From: Blasia pusilla
Taxonomy: Eukaryota
NCBI GenBank assembly: GCA_050084515.1
Contig: CM114271.1
Coordinates: 1,178,001 to 1,242,000, forward strand
Reading direction: 5' to 3'
DNA length: 64,000 nucleotides
The notes under the pieces were generated by a model that worked only from the letters and a program-made list of their open reading frames with translations, did not search any database and had not been told where the DNA came from. Numbering within the stretch: position 1 is the first letter of the stretch; every line of letters begins with the position of its first letter. The position numbers and the translations under genes are program-made. Positions 23,901 through 35,897 of the stretch are shown one piece after another.

Positions 23901-26900
23901 AGGAAGAGACCTAGAGGTTTCTCTTGGATGCATTAAGGAGCAGCTCACTCTTCTGTCGGGAGATCCAAATCTCTTGGTGGTTGGTTAATCAGGGGACAGG
24001 ATTGGATTAACATGTATATGACATGTAGCCCTGCTTTGTAAACAACATGTCTGATAAGACACTAAGAGACATAGCCCTCATACTTGAGTTGTGATTGTTC
24101 ATGAACCGAAATGAGCCTGACCTTCAGAGGTCAGACTCTGTGTGTTTGACTGTGTTTTTTTATCTTCAATCTTCAATCTGTAGTTCAGACTGAGTGAATT
24201 CTTACAAGTGGCATCAAAAGAGTAGAAATTAGTAACTGGTGTCGTACCATAAGTGAGAGGTTTCCAAAGGCTTGTTTGAGGCTGAACTCACTGTACATTC
24301 ATCAGTGAAATTATTTTGAAAACTTACACCGGGCTACACATCTAGAGAGCTTGTAGTTTTTCTGAAGTTGTATTTCCCATTTCTTGTGATGTGGAAGAGA
24401 TAAGAAGGTGAAGACAAAGAGGATTGCAGGGATTCTTAGTCAGAAGGAAACAGAGACATATAAGCCATATGGAGTGGCAGAAAGCATCAAAATTGAGCTA
24501 GGGTAAGTGTGATCCAACAAGTTTCTTTTGTATTCTCTATTTTTTCTGATGCTACCATGGGAATGCCTTATTTGAGTCAAAGCAGGTGAGATTTGATTCA
24601 TATATCCCTTGAGGAAGAGGCCCAGGATTCTGGATGAAACATATGAGGGTATTGAGCACCTGTTTCTTGCCTTGCAGTTTCAACACTGAAAATAAGAGCC
24701 TTTATGGTATGATGCTTTACCACCGCAATCGGTTGATCAAAGCATATATGCGGGTATGATTCTTATCATGACACAATCATAGACTTATTCTAGACCAAGA
24801 TGTGTACTTCTCTTTGATCAAACTGGCTAATTTGGTTCTGTTACCAGGTTGGTATGCAACTTGAGGAAAATGAAAGGGGGATGGGTGTAATTGGGTTGGC
24901 AGAGGCCGACTTTCTGCAACCAACACACAACAAGCAGGTCTGAAGTTATAGAGTCAGTGTGTATTTAACCTCTGAGTATTTTCTGTTTAGGAAGACTCTT
25001 TCTTTGTGTTTTGTGTCTTTGTGAGTATTCAATAAGCTTACATTGTGTCTGTGGATCATAACAGGACTTTGATGATACAACTGCATATCGTCGTCTACTG
25101 AAGAAACTTTCTGAAGTGTTGGCAGAGTATTGGTGGGTTTGTCTATTCACAATGATATTTCTTTTGTTTTTAATGACTGATAAATGGAAAAGTTAGCATC
25201 TGGTATGTAGTGTTTGTTTTGGACAGATATCGTATTTAGCTTTCAAGTGCAGTACATGAGAGATTCTGCATGTTATCGTAGGTGGGAGAAAAAGGAAAGG
25301 ATTTATACACCTCCAATTCAACAAGAATTACGCACTATAAGGCGAGGTCCTCCGCTGGTAGCTTCAGAGGATACTCCTGATGTGATCTGGGTACCTTCTG
25401 AATCTCTCTGTTGGAAATTTGAGCACAGTTGATGTGCCTTAGACAACAAGCTATCATTTGTTGCTTTGCTTTGCAACATTTGTTTGATTACCGAGAAGTG
25501 AATTGTTTTGTTGACTGTTCTACGCTCTCGTAGTAAATACAAAAACATCACATTTGCAGTGAGTTGAGTTGTACAGAATGTGAAAATTTATTGGTTTTCA
25601 TTCTATGATTATGCAGGTTCAGTGTGATAATCCCACATGTCTGAAGTGGCGTATTCTGCCACCAGGCACAGATGTTTCTTTATTGCCAGATATTTGGTGA
25701 GCTTGCATGGTTTTCCTTTTCGTGTTTGTATGGTTAGATATAAATGCATATTTTGAGAAATCAGGTTAGAGATTCATAAGGTTCGAATTGCTGGAGTACA
25801 TTTGCAAGACCTCTGAAACTATGTAGCAGTGCAACCTATATCTGTATTGTGAAAAGAATTGACCAGCAGAGGTATCTCCTTGGACTAAGTCAGAATTAGC
25901 ATCAGCTAAACCATCTTGTATACAATCAGCAAATCAATTTCTATCTCTATTGCCAAATCAGAGCCGTACCATGATGTGACTCTTCTTATTATCTAACAGA
26001 TACTAAGAAGGATTGTACAGTCACACCTTGCACTCACAACACAGATCCTCACATGTCACCAGCTCAGAGATCAGACATGGCTCACGTCATTGAGCACAAA
26101 CAATATCTATCAGCATACCAGACAAAACGACTTGCCTTCCAGTGAGGCTCTAGCAATCACAGAAGTTAGTCTCAATCTCCTCTTCCTTCTCTCAGATCAC
26201 TCTGCAGTAGGGCCAGTGCTGCATGACACACTGAGAGCCTCAGGAGTCCTCACCAAAACCTATGCATACTGTAGAATTACTTTCTGACTCTAAGCAGAGA
26301 CAATATATACATGAGGGTGAGCACTTCTGGCCCTTAGATCTTCTTGAACAGATCCATACCCTAAATATCAGATGGTGGCTAGCCTTAACTCGAGAATTGC
26401 CCTAATTCGAGGTTACCTTAAAAAGATAGAGGAACACTAAGTTATCTTCAGCTAACTAAATTAGTATCCAACTAAGTTAGTATTTGACTAACTACTTTTA
26501 GGGCATGACTAAATTAAATATTAACAAATTTCAACATGTATCACAAGTGGCATGATATGGATCACCTGTCTCATGACATTCCACTCATACAACTATTTCA
26601 GATTGGAACTTCTAGTTGCATGCAACAATTTTCAATCTTCTCGTTTTGGTCTTACCACATTCAGACTTGCACTCAGAAGGTTTGAATCGCCAAGGAGTTC
26701 TAGCTCAGTTTACAAAATTCGAATTTCTGCCTTCATGTGTCTGGTTTCCCAAGGAGTCTTGGGGAGGATTAGACTTTTACGTAACCATCAGATAGGTAGA
26801 AGTTTATGAAACCAGCCATTCTTTTGAGAGCCATCATGCATGAGTTTGAAGAAGTACTCCATGTAGTCAAGTCCAAACATCTGAAAATTTATTGGGCACA

Positions 26901-29900
26901 TCTCAAATTTGTTTTGTAGGTACTGTGAGTATCATCCAGATGAAAAGTACCGGAGGCATGAAGAACCTGAACAAGAATGGGACGCCTCTGTTCAACACGA
27001 GGTAATGTCCAAGCATGAGGTAATGTTCATCTACAGCCTGCTCATTTACTCCTCCATACAAAAGAATGAGCAAGAATACGAAAAAGAAACATAGCATGGG
27101 TACTCATTCTTTTCTTTGATTATTATGGTACATTCAAAAGACTGGTTGTGTTCTAATACTGTGGCGGATTACACTAAACAAAGATTTGGTATTCATTCAC
27201 GTGAAGTTTGATAGATACAAAAAAGGAGAACAATTTCGATCTTTCTTGGTCCAATTTTCTTATATTCCAGGGTGTCTCCCCACAGATTGTTGAAAGGAGG
27301 AAGGAGCGCAAAAGAGAGTACGACCGTGAGAAGAAGGAGCGAGAAGCAGAAAGAAAACGGCAGCGGCTGGTGATTTTCATTACTTTGAGGAGTAGCTTAA
27401 ACTTTCACAATTTATGCTCACGTATTAAAAGAGAGCCACAAAACCTTATGCAACAAGAATAGTAGTTTTTTTCTAAAGTTTGGAACTTTTGTATTTCAGG
27501 AGGCCCAAACAAGAGATACCCAGGCATTACTGCAGAAACAAAAGGAAGAAATGGCAAAAAGTGTCCAGGAGCAGCAAGAACGAGAACAGCTTGAGCTTCA
27601 GGTTTGAACTATTTCTGTATCAACTCATTAGGTTCTGTGGAGGTAGTATGGGACCGCACCTCACCCACACTGCATTCACCAGTAAACAAAGTGATTTTTC
27701 CTCCTTTCAGTTAAGAGGATGTTCGTTTTTTCCAGTGTTCTATTTCTAGTCACACCAATGCAACCAGGGCACAACTTGTATGACTAGAAGATACAGTAGG
27801 CAGTACTGATCTAGTAGAGTTTGTAACATTACTTCAAACCTGCAAGTTTTCCAAGTGAAACCCGAAATCCTTACCCACATTTGAACTCCTTCATTTGCTC
27901 ATCTCTGGGTGGACTTGGACAGATGCCTCTCTATAGATTCAACTCTCATTTCTAATTTAATTCTTCTTTGTCTTTGATCTCGAGGCCCAGCTAATGTGGA
28001 GTCTGCTCAAACCAGTTAATTCTCTTTTTTGAGCATTTTATCATGCTTTGTGCACCCATTGGGGTTGGGAGGATTTTCCTTTTGGTCTTTAAATGGGCCA
28101 CTTTTGTTGTCTGTATTCACGAAACATCTAATCTGGGCCCATATCATGCAGGAACAAAAACGACGGCAGGAGGCAATGAATAAATTGACTGAGGTAAAAA
28201 CATCATTTGTGAAAGAAACCAAATTTCCTATTTGAAGAGAAGTATTGGCATCAGACCAACAAATTATCCATTTATCTACTGACAGGAATATGCAGCCATG
28301 GAGGCCAAGCGTGATGAAATGCTCAGACAGCAGAAAGAACTTGAGAAGCAATTGGAGCAAACACAGGAAGAACTGACCCTTAAGGCCAAAGAAAAAGAAG
28401 ACAATGCTCTTCTTCAGCTCCAGAAGGTGTGCGACGGTTGTTTTTAAGTACTTGGTCCAATTCCCTAGATAGCTGGCCTTATGCTTCCAGTGTCCTTGTC
28501 TTTTTGATCTCTCAAGTAGTCCATTGTTCACAGTTAAGTTTATTTACTTGGTTTTCGGGTCCATGTAGAGAATGAATCAGTTAATTCATTTCTTAATATT
28601 CTGCTCCTGCTTCGGTTCTTGGTTTCTTCTCCCTTCTTTCTATCTGAAAAGTGAAATCTCAGGCCTCTTCTTACCTTCTTCTGCTTACTTGGTATCCGTG
28701 CTTACTTAGTATCCGTTTGTGAAGTACGATGCTTAAATATTCCATGAAGTGCAGTTTTGACAGTTTCTAACTGCTCAGCTAATTGCAATCCTACAGTACT
28801 GTTTTGGGTGTTACATTCCTTAATCCATGTTATAAAACATCTACTAGGGGGCGCCTTAGATCTTTGAAATAATTAAGCTTAGTTATCCGGTTCTTGAAAA
28901 TCAAATTCAAATGTGTGTGTCGTATGTTGGTATGCAGGCTCCATCAGAGCGAGAGGAATCTCGTGATCTACGGGAAAATGGTCGTCTTCCAGAACCAAGA
29001 CAAGATGATCCTGCTCCTCACAGTGTTGGGAACAAAGTTGGTGGAAGTTCCAGAAGTACTAGAAGACCTCTAGAAAGGGAGAAACCTGGAGCAATGCAAG
29101 AACCGAACCTCCAAGATATTGTTCCCTTGGCTTTGTCTTCACCACAGTCACAACATTCTTACCCTCAAACCAACCAGGGCTCTCATGACCATGCAACAAA
29201 TGGACTACCCCCATCAGACACTAGAGGTGGCCACGGACTTGCTGCATTGACTCCTTCTACATCCCCCCGGAAAAGAGCAAAAGAAGCACAGGTTTGTATA
29301 GCCTGCTGCAAACTTTTTGCTACTTCTATATATATATCAACAAATAAGATTCGAAGTCCTTAAGTGAATGGTGTAAGCCTTTCCTGAACACCGGAGATGT
29401 GATTTTGTGCAGGTATCACAACCTTCTCGCCATGGCAAGACACTTGAAGCTGTTTCCAACTCGAACAGTGGATCTTCTCAGCAAACACAACGCAAGGCAA
29501 GTAAAAAAGGTTTCTGATCTGTGAGAGAGGGCTTATTTCTTTCTTCATTAAAATCTGGAGGGCCGTGTTCCCAAATTTATGTCCTTAGTGGTAGAAGGCT
29601 TGCTACTGTGTGTGTCTTGTCCAATCGTCTCTCTCCTTCAGCACATGAAGCTGTATCCCAAACCTGGTCTATCATTTTCTATACAATCTACATGGATCTG
29701 GTGCTGGGTACTCATGATGAGGTTAGAATCTGTTCTCATGCAGGGAACAAGTTTGCTATCAACATCCTTATGGGCGAATGGTGTTCAAGGTGCACGGGTG
29801 GATGGTGTCAGAAGAAAATTCCGAGCAGTTCAATCTTCCCAATCAGTGCATATTGATAGTTCTCCAGCTCAGGACTCGCACAGATATGAAGGGGGAGACA

Positions 29901-31656
29901 GGTTGTCTACTGGGGAAGACCCTCCCCTTGCCCATCCATCCACCCCTGCAACACCTTTACTAGGTTGTCCTCCGTCAACAGCCCCTTCTGAACGACAATT
30001 CCAAAATCCAATCCAGCATAGTCTTATGAGCCAAATCCCTGCACCAAATGAGCAAATATTGGAAGTATGTACATCTAGCTTAGAACAAAGATCCGCCGGA
30101 GAGTCTGGTGCAGCCCATCAAGAACTCTTAGTTTCATCAGCAGGTGCCAATGGGTCGTGTCTGGAAGGTTTGGATCAAGGCCAAGTACTCCATCATTACG
30201 GTCATGTTGAAGACACAGGAAGTGATCAGCTGGAAAACTCTGGCGGCCACCAGGATTTCTCTGCAAGGTAAGGATCATATAGTCTTGACCCCTGGGAAAG
30301 AGGAACAGATCGAGTGTCTGTGCCTGTACTTCCAAGACATTGTGAACTTGGCGCTCTTTCTTGATGGCTAGGTTTGGGCCTAATGTGTATGAATTTCCGT
30401 GTGTAATGAATGTGTCACTCACGTTTTGTTTTGCAGATTTGATGAACCTCAAGGGAATCTATCATTTGGATCTGGGATGCTCTCTGTCCATCTTCCAATG
30501 GATTTAATGGTGACTTCCAACTGCAGAAGTGAAGCAGAATTGACATTAGACAAAGCAGTTTTTTCATTACAAAGGTACTAAGGGTTGTATTGATTGTGTG
30601 TCCAAATCTTTTCTTGTCTTCTCTGTAGGAGTTTTAGAATTGCCAGGCTGGAAGTCCTTTTGCCAAAAGTTTTACTTAAGAAACCTTCAAGAATTGTTCA
30701 AGTGCCAGTTCCTGGGGTTTGTTGACTTATTTCTGGGTGTCCTGGATGTGTATTGATACATCACATCTGTATTGATGAAAACAGGCGCTTAAGACTTGCA
30801 TTGAACACACTGGTAAGAATTGGAGGATGTGCAGATTCAAACCTCTTTGAGTTGGATGTGCTCCCAAGCACAGATTCTGAAGTGGTAAGTATACTGTTTG
30901 TGACACTCAAATGCATCCAATCTCAAATAAGGACTGGTTGGCAATGCTAATTAAAGCCATAGAAGGGAAGCTTGCTAAAGGCTCTGGTCTTTTTTGGTTG
31001 GTATCTTATGGGGGTTGAGGACGAACTAAGGTAGTCTCATTACAGTCTTTGGTTTGGATGAGATCTTGTGCCAGTTGTTTGGAAGGGTTACTCTAATAAA
31101 GTCTGGGTTGTTGGTTCTGTATGCAGGTAAATCTTTGTGAGAAGGTAACATCATTCCCTGTCTTACTGTAGCAAAATGATTCTGCGCAAGTAGTGCAGTT
31201 CTTGTTTATTGAAGGTTCCATAGTCAAAGGATAAGCAATAGATAGTTGCATTTGGACTAACGTTTGAGGTGGTCCTTCATAATTGCTCAGGCTAATACAG
31301 GTATTGGTAATGTGATGAGATACTAAATGGTAGTTCCTCTTTTTTCAGGCCAAGCTGCATGTGGAAACGAAAGTACAGAACTACAGACAGGAAGTGGCTA
31401 ACTTGAAAGCAGAGTTGGCGTACTTGATGGCCGACAAACTGCAGGTAATCGTGCACTTTGAGTGATGCTGCTTTTCGTGTCTGCTGGCTGATTTTGTTTG
31501 TGCATATTTTAAATTGCCCTTAACTGTCATTTCTGTCGGGACTAGTGGAAGATGACCAATGTATTGAGCAATTAACTTGACCAGTGTAAGTACTTACTTG
31601 AGGCGTGTGTGTAGGACAGCATGGGCAAAGTTGGAACTTTAAGATACAAAGTATAG
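8918..31656 (+). CDS. MORC: MORC family GHKL ATPase with CW-type zinc finger and C-terminal coiled coil (~1090 aa, ~29 exons)
   Basis: Manual exon chain: 8918-8957 and 9506-9577 (these two tentative), 18512-18623, 18995-19154, 19322-19372, 19608-19697, 20014-20071, 20315-20436, 23010-23138, 23538-23626, 24398-24502, 24678-24753, 24848-24937, 25065-25132, 25282-25390, 25617-25696, 26920-27001, 27271-27369, 27500-27601, 28152-28193, 28286-28426, 28938-29291, 29413-29496, 29744-30267, 30437-30574, 30785-30884, 31127-31144, 31349-31444, 31615-31656. All phases are consistent. Motifs: [96 protein letters not shown]. Confidence 0.9.
11008..11632 (-). repeat. 3' LTR of Copia element 1 (625 bp)
   Basis: Direct repeat of 14761-15432, reading TGAGAAA...TTTCAACA. 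Confidence 0.93.
11640..14745 (-). pseudogene. Copia gag-pol, multiply frameshifted, lacking the RT C-terminus and most of RNase H
   Basis: ORF fragments 14353-14814, 14222-14506, 13392-14276, 13044-13289, 12803-12997 and 11683-12312. Shortly after YVDD the sequence jumps to the RNase H tail [17 protein letters not shown]. Confidence 0.85.
14746..14760 (-). promoter_or_regulatory. Primer-binding site complementary to the anticodon arm of initiator tRNA-Met (half-tRNA priming)
   Basis: The minus strand reads GGTTATGGGCCCACC immediately after the 5' LTR. The + strand GGTGGGCCCATAACC matches the anticodon stem-loop of plant tRNA-iMet as I recall it. Confidence 0.85.
14761..15432 (-). repeat. 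5' LTR of Copia element 1 (672 bp)
   Basis: Direct repeat of 11008-11632, adjacent to the PBS. Confidence 0.93.
16886..17250. repeat. Diverged tandem duplication (~171-bp unit, 2 copies) in a MORC intron
   Basis: Shared blocks TTTAAGATATG..ACTTGACA..TACAGTCTCTTGGAGAAG.TAGGT and TCACACATTT.GCTTGCC. Units start near 16886 and 17057. Confidence 0.75.
20072..20314 (+). other. U12-type (minor spliceosome) AT-AC intron in MORC
   Basis: 5' end ATATCCTTT, branch-like GCCTTGAC (20297-20304) 10 nt before AC (20313-20314). Removal gives in-frame [23 protein letters not shown]. Confidence 0.88.
25848..26536 (-). mobile_element. Solo LTR of the Copia element 1 family, inside the intron that splits the zf-CW domain
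   Basis: 689 bp, TG...CA, colinear with LTR 14761-15432 but carrying many substitutions. 5-bp TSD TGTAT (25843-25847 and 26537-26541). Confidence 0.93.
29497..29743 (+). other. Probable GC-AG intron in MORC
   Basis: Donor AAG|GCAAGT and acceptor TTCTCATGCAG|GGA give a phase-0 join into the 29579-30271 ORF frame. Confidence 0.55.
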
Positions 31657-33284
31657 CCAGCAAGTGGGGAATTGGTGTGGAAGTTTCTAAACGAAGCTAG
31701 CCTCGCCATCTCTCCAGCATGTAAAGAATTGAAGCAGCTCACTCACAAGTCAGAATCGAGTCTTCTCCACATCATGTAGCACCAGAAGGATTAGTTAGAA
31801 CACAGATTGTTGTATGGATGGCATTCATCTACAACAACTCAGGACGAGTAGTGGATTGAATGAAGTACGTGGAGAGAATGTAGGAAATTGTGGCAGTAGG
31901 TTTAGGCTTGTCAAATAAACAGTTGGTATCAAAGGTTTGTACAATGCTTTTGTAGATATGGAGGAATGCTAGGAGTTGTACAATATACCCATTTAGAACT
32001 GAGATCTTCCAGAAAGGTGGTATGAGCTCTCAAATTTTGAAAGTTTTGTCCTCAAGTGTAAGGACCTTGACCATCTCAAGTGTTCAAGATGCGTAGATCT
32101 CTGACAGGAGCTCTAATATCTCTTTCATGCGATTTAAAATGTGATATGCCAGACCAAAGTATGCAGGATTCATAAGTACATCCTGGATTGAAGCTTACTA
32201 CCCAGACTGTGTTCGCAGTCACGCCCCAAAATCCAGAAGATGGGATTCTGAGTAAACTTTCAGGTACTGTTGGCTACAAGCTTAGGCATCTCAGGTCCAG
32301 ACCCGCTATGGGTGGTGCAAATGAATCTCATTATTTTAGTTTTAGAATAGTGATGCTTTGCCTTCGAAATTGTGGGTCCTCACCCCCATCTGAAACCTTT
32401 TCCTCACTTCTACACTATGTGTATTGAGGGAAATTTTGATACCCTGTTCGGGAAGCAGAAATAGAAATAGAAATCGTGGAATGAGACAACTGGGGACCTC
32501 CAGTACCAGGGGGAAGGACCCAACTCTGTTTGTGAAGTTACGGTGCCCAACCCCAATGAATGGCCAAAGGGACTAGAGATCCCTTCAAAAGCTCTTCATT
32601 CAACAAAGCTTGGGCATTAGAACTTCTCCCGAGACTTGCCGCTGACTTTATTGAGGTGCTAGTCGGTATTCATGTTATAATCACCTTGATTAGACATGAG
32701 CATTATATCCTGAATCGTCTCTTTTCAAGAGCTTTGGAAGCTCCTAGGTATAATGTTGGTGTTGGGGCAAAGAACTAGTACTACAGTCGTTGTGAGTGGC
32801 TGCCAAAACGAGCCAAAGCATCACTATTCTAAAACTAACCGTGGGTATGTCATGACTTGCCAATAAGCACTGAACTTGAGGTGTTGAAGCAACCATAAGA
32901 CAAGGCCATCTCTATCAATTGAGATTAGCATTTGATAAAGAACAATAATAAATCTGAAAAATAATGTGAAAGGACGGCCCCCACCACACTTTCATGAGTA
33001 TTGGGAGGAACATGAAGTGTACCTCTTACACCTTTGCTTTTATTTCCACAAAGTTCTATGGTACATTAGTTGATCCAAATGTGTGTAAATTAACCTTGAG
33101 ATTGAGGAAGGGAAAATCTTACGTAAGGAAAGAGACAAGAAGGCGTTTGAGCTCATTAATTGTGAACAACGTTATCTTCTCCATTGCACTTTCCAAGACC
33201 CTATGAGATCTTAACTTCCTCATCCCTTTTGAGATGATGCCCTTAGGATCCCTAAGTTCATTGCTAGATAGAAAGACAGCGTAA

Positions 33285-33495
33285 AAAGTTAGGTCTATGG
33301 CATTCACGCTAGCGGGGATATGGGGAGTGAATCATGATTGCTTCGTAGGTCATGATCCTAACCCTAAACCCGATCAAGAAGGAAAGATCTTGGTATGATC
33401 CACCAAAATCAGAACTTAAACTAGCTAGTCCATCAGAGTAAGAGCAACGATGCATCTGACAACATTACTAACATTAGGCGAGACGTGCATGCACA
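33285..33495 (+). repeat. Old dispersed repeat fragment, homologous to 48594-48780
   Basis: Shared ordered blocks TCATGATTGC, AGGAAAGA.CT.GGTATGA.CCACCAAA.TCA.AAC.TAAACTAG and TAGG.GAGACGTGCA. Confidence 0.7.
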
Positions 33496-34729
33496 TTGAG
33501 GTAGTGCATGTGCCAACGAGCTCTAGCATTGTAAGCTCTTACTTTCTCATTCTCTCTTTCTAGATCAAAATCACTCAAAAGTTCTCGAACCCACTCTCAT
33601 AATTGTAGGCTTGGGTTTTGCACAAGATGAGGATCATAGTTCCGCCACATGATGCCAAGAGGTTGAACAAAGAGAGAATAAATTCCAAAACTCCTTTGAT
33701 GTGTGCATACACATTGCTACACAATCCACAGTGATGGTCATTTCCACATCTAAATCCTAAACAACACTCTCGATGCAACTGATCCATCATCAATCTCATT
33801 CGATACCTCAAGAAGAAGTTACATCCAAACCACTTGTTGACCCTATATATCGTCGACCCGATAGAACTCTACATGTCGATTAATTAAGATGTGATACCCT
33901 ATCTTTGGGTATACCCCTTTCTCTCTCCCAAACTCTATCCATGGTATTCTATTCTCATAAATCACCTCCTTGATCTATTATAGAGGGTAAATGATCACTT
34001 CCTATAGTGGAAAGTCCAAATATACTCTTAATAGAAACTTACCAAAAATAGTATATTTCTACATACAACTCCAAATGAACAAAAACGAAAGAGAAACATG
34101 CTCTCTCAGGTTATCCAAGGCCTTAACATGTCCTCCAATCTCGTTGAAGGCACTCTACTAAAACTTGTCAATCTATCCTAAAAGATATGAAAATTAAACC
34201 CCCACTATAGTTGTAAGGCTACGACAAACACCGCGTAATAAGTACAGTCTGTCTCTTTGTATTTATAGCATTTTATTTACCTATTTGACATCATAAAGAT
34301 AATGTTACTCTTGATATCATATGCGCTCTAAAGGATGTTCATTTGATTAAATAACATTATATGCACAATGTTGCAATCTCCTTATGGCTACAATAGAGAT
34401 TGTGATTGTGATGTTGATTACCTCTAATGAAAGATGGTGGAAATCTATGTGTTAGCTACCATGATTTTCTCTCTATCGTCTTACTTTGAAAATTTGTCCA
34501 ACAAGAAAACACTTTTTGGGGACGCATGGTTATTAGCCCAATGATTTTTGATTTTGAAAAAAGACACATGATGTTCATTTATCCCTTTAATAACATTCCT
34601 CAACCAGAAACTATACCATTTAACAAACCACTGCTTCTTGATTACAAGAACTTATTTGCTTAGCACATGGCCTACGAGTTGCAAGAAATATTTCTAGGAA
34701 CAAGCAGAAGAAAATATTCTTGAAGTAAC

Positions 34730-34786
34730 ACATAAGATCTACATAATAATATTTTTATGAAAAATATTATTATGTAGATCTTATGT
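34730..34786. repeat. Perfect inverted repeat, 27-bp arms with a 3-nt spacer
   Basis: ACATAAGATCTACATAATAATATTTTT-ATG-AAAAATATTATTATGTAGATCTTATGT. Confidence 0.95.
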
Positions 34787-35842
34787 ACATGAAATAACTT
34801 GAAATTTTGAGAAAAAATACAAATGTTTGACTGATCTAAAATTTTAAGGCTAGAGCCTCCTTTTTAAGAATAATAAGTATACACTTACTTGAATGGATGA
34901 AGCCTTCTTCATTTAGAGAAGGCCACATAGCTTTTTTTACTTCTTAATGAGAGGACAAGAAAACACTGGTTCACTTCTTATTTGACTCATTTGTGCACAT
35001 GTGTCTCCTTTCAAATGAAAGAAGCATTTTTACCTTTGGCTTATCGCCTATTTACCATAACGAGACATTTTTATGTTTCATTTTTTGGTATTTGCTTAGC
35101 ACTCAATATATGACATTGGAGTTAGAGGGTTAGTCATGTCAAAGAGAAGGTCTTCATGGTGAGTTATGGCAATATGGTGAAAATTTGAAGGGTGTGGTAA
35201 TGTGTGTGAGAGGCAATCTCTGAGTTTGAAGCACTAGCTCATATTATTCATGTTGAATCCTCGTAAGTAGGTTTATTTTATTAGGAAGATCATGTCCATG
35301 GAACCTTGAAGCAAAGTTTGTCAATAATTGCACGTTTCATTTTGGAGGACTACCACATACATATTCTTGACCCATTGTGCACTTGGAGAGCAACCAAATG
35401 CTTGCAATTTGTGAAATATTGATTGATGATGTAGGGATTTTAGAGTTTATTATTAGGTCCTCTCCATTGGATTTCCCCCCTGGATCATAGATGCTGTGAG
35501 GCAAGAGATGTATCATAGGGAAAATCTTTTTAGATTACAAGGAATGATCACAAAGCTCCCTCCTTTGACCATAGCCAACACAAACCTTACAATAGTGATG
35601 AAGGGCAAATAAGATGTGTGAATATGAACCCACAAATGTTGTGGAGATAGTGGTTGATATTGGTAGGACCTAAAATTCTCTTCTCTTCTCGCCTTTGATT
35701 TATCAAGATCACATTATGATCCCAACAATTAGAGTTTCGGATTCCAACACTTCTTCTTCTTCTTCTATATCTTGCAAGAGGTGTCTTAAGACATTCTTCC
35801 TTACATCTTAAATATCTTCAGTGCACTTCCTCCACACATGTC

Positions 35843-35857
35843 GAGATTGAGATTGAG

Positions 35858-35894
<37 letters not shown>
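35843..35894 (+). repeat. Compound microsatellite (GAGATT)3(GA)17
   Basis: Read directly from the sequence. Confidence 0.9.

Positions 35895-35897
<3 letters not shown>

Noticed and set aside
28016-28531. 171-aa minus-strand ORF
   Set aside because: It is the antisense shadow of the MORC coiled-coil exons and introns.
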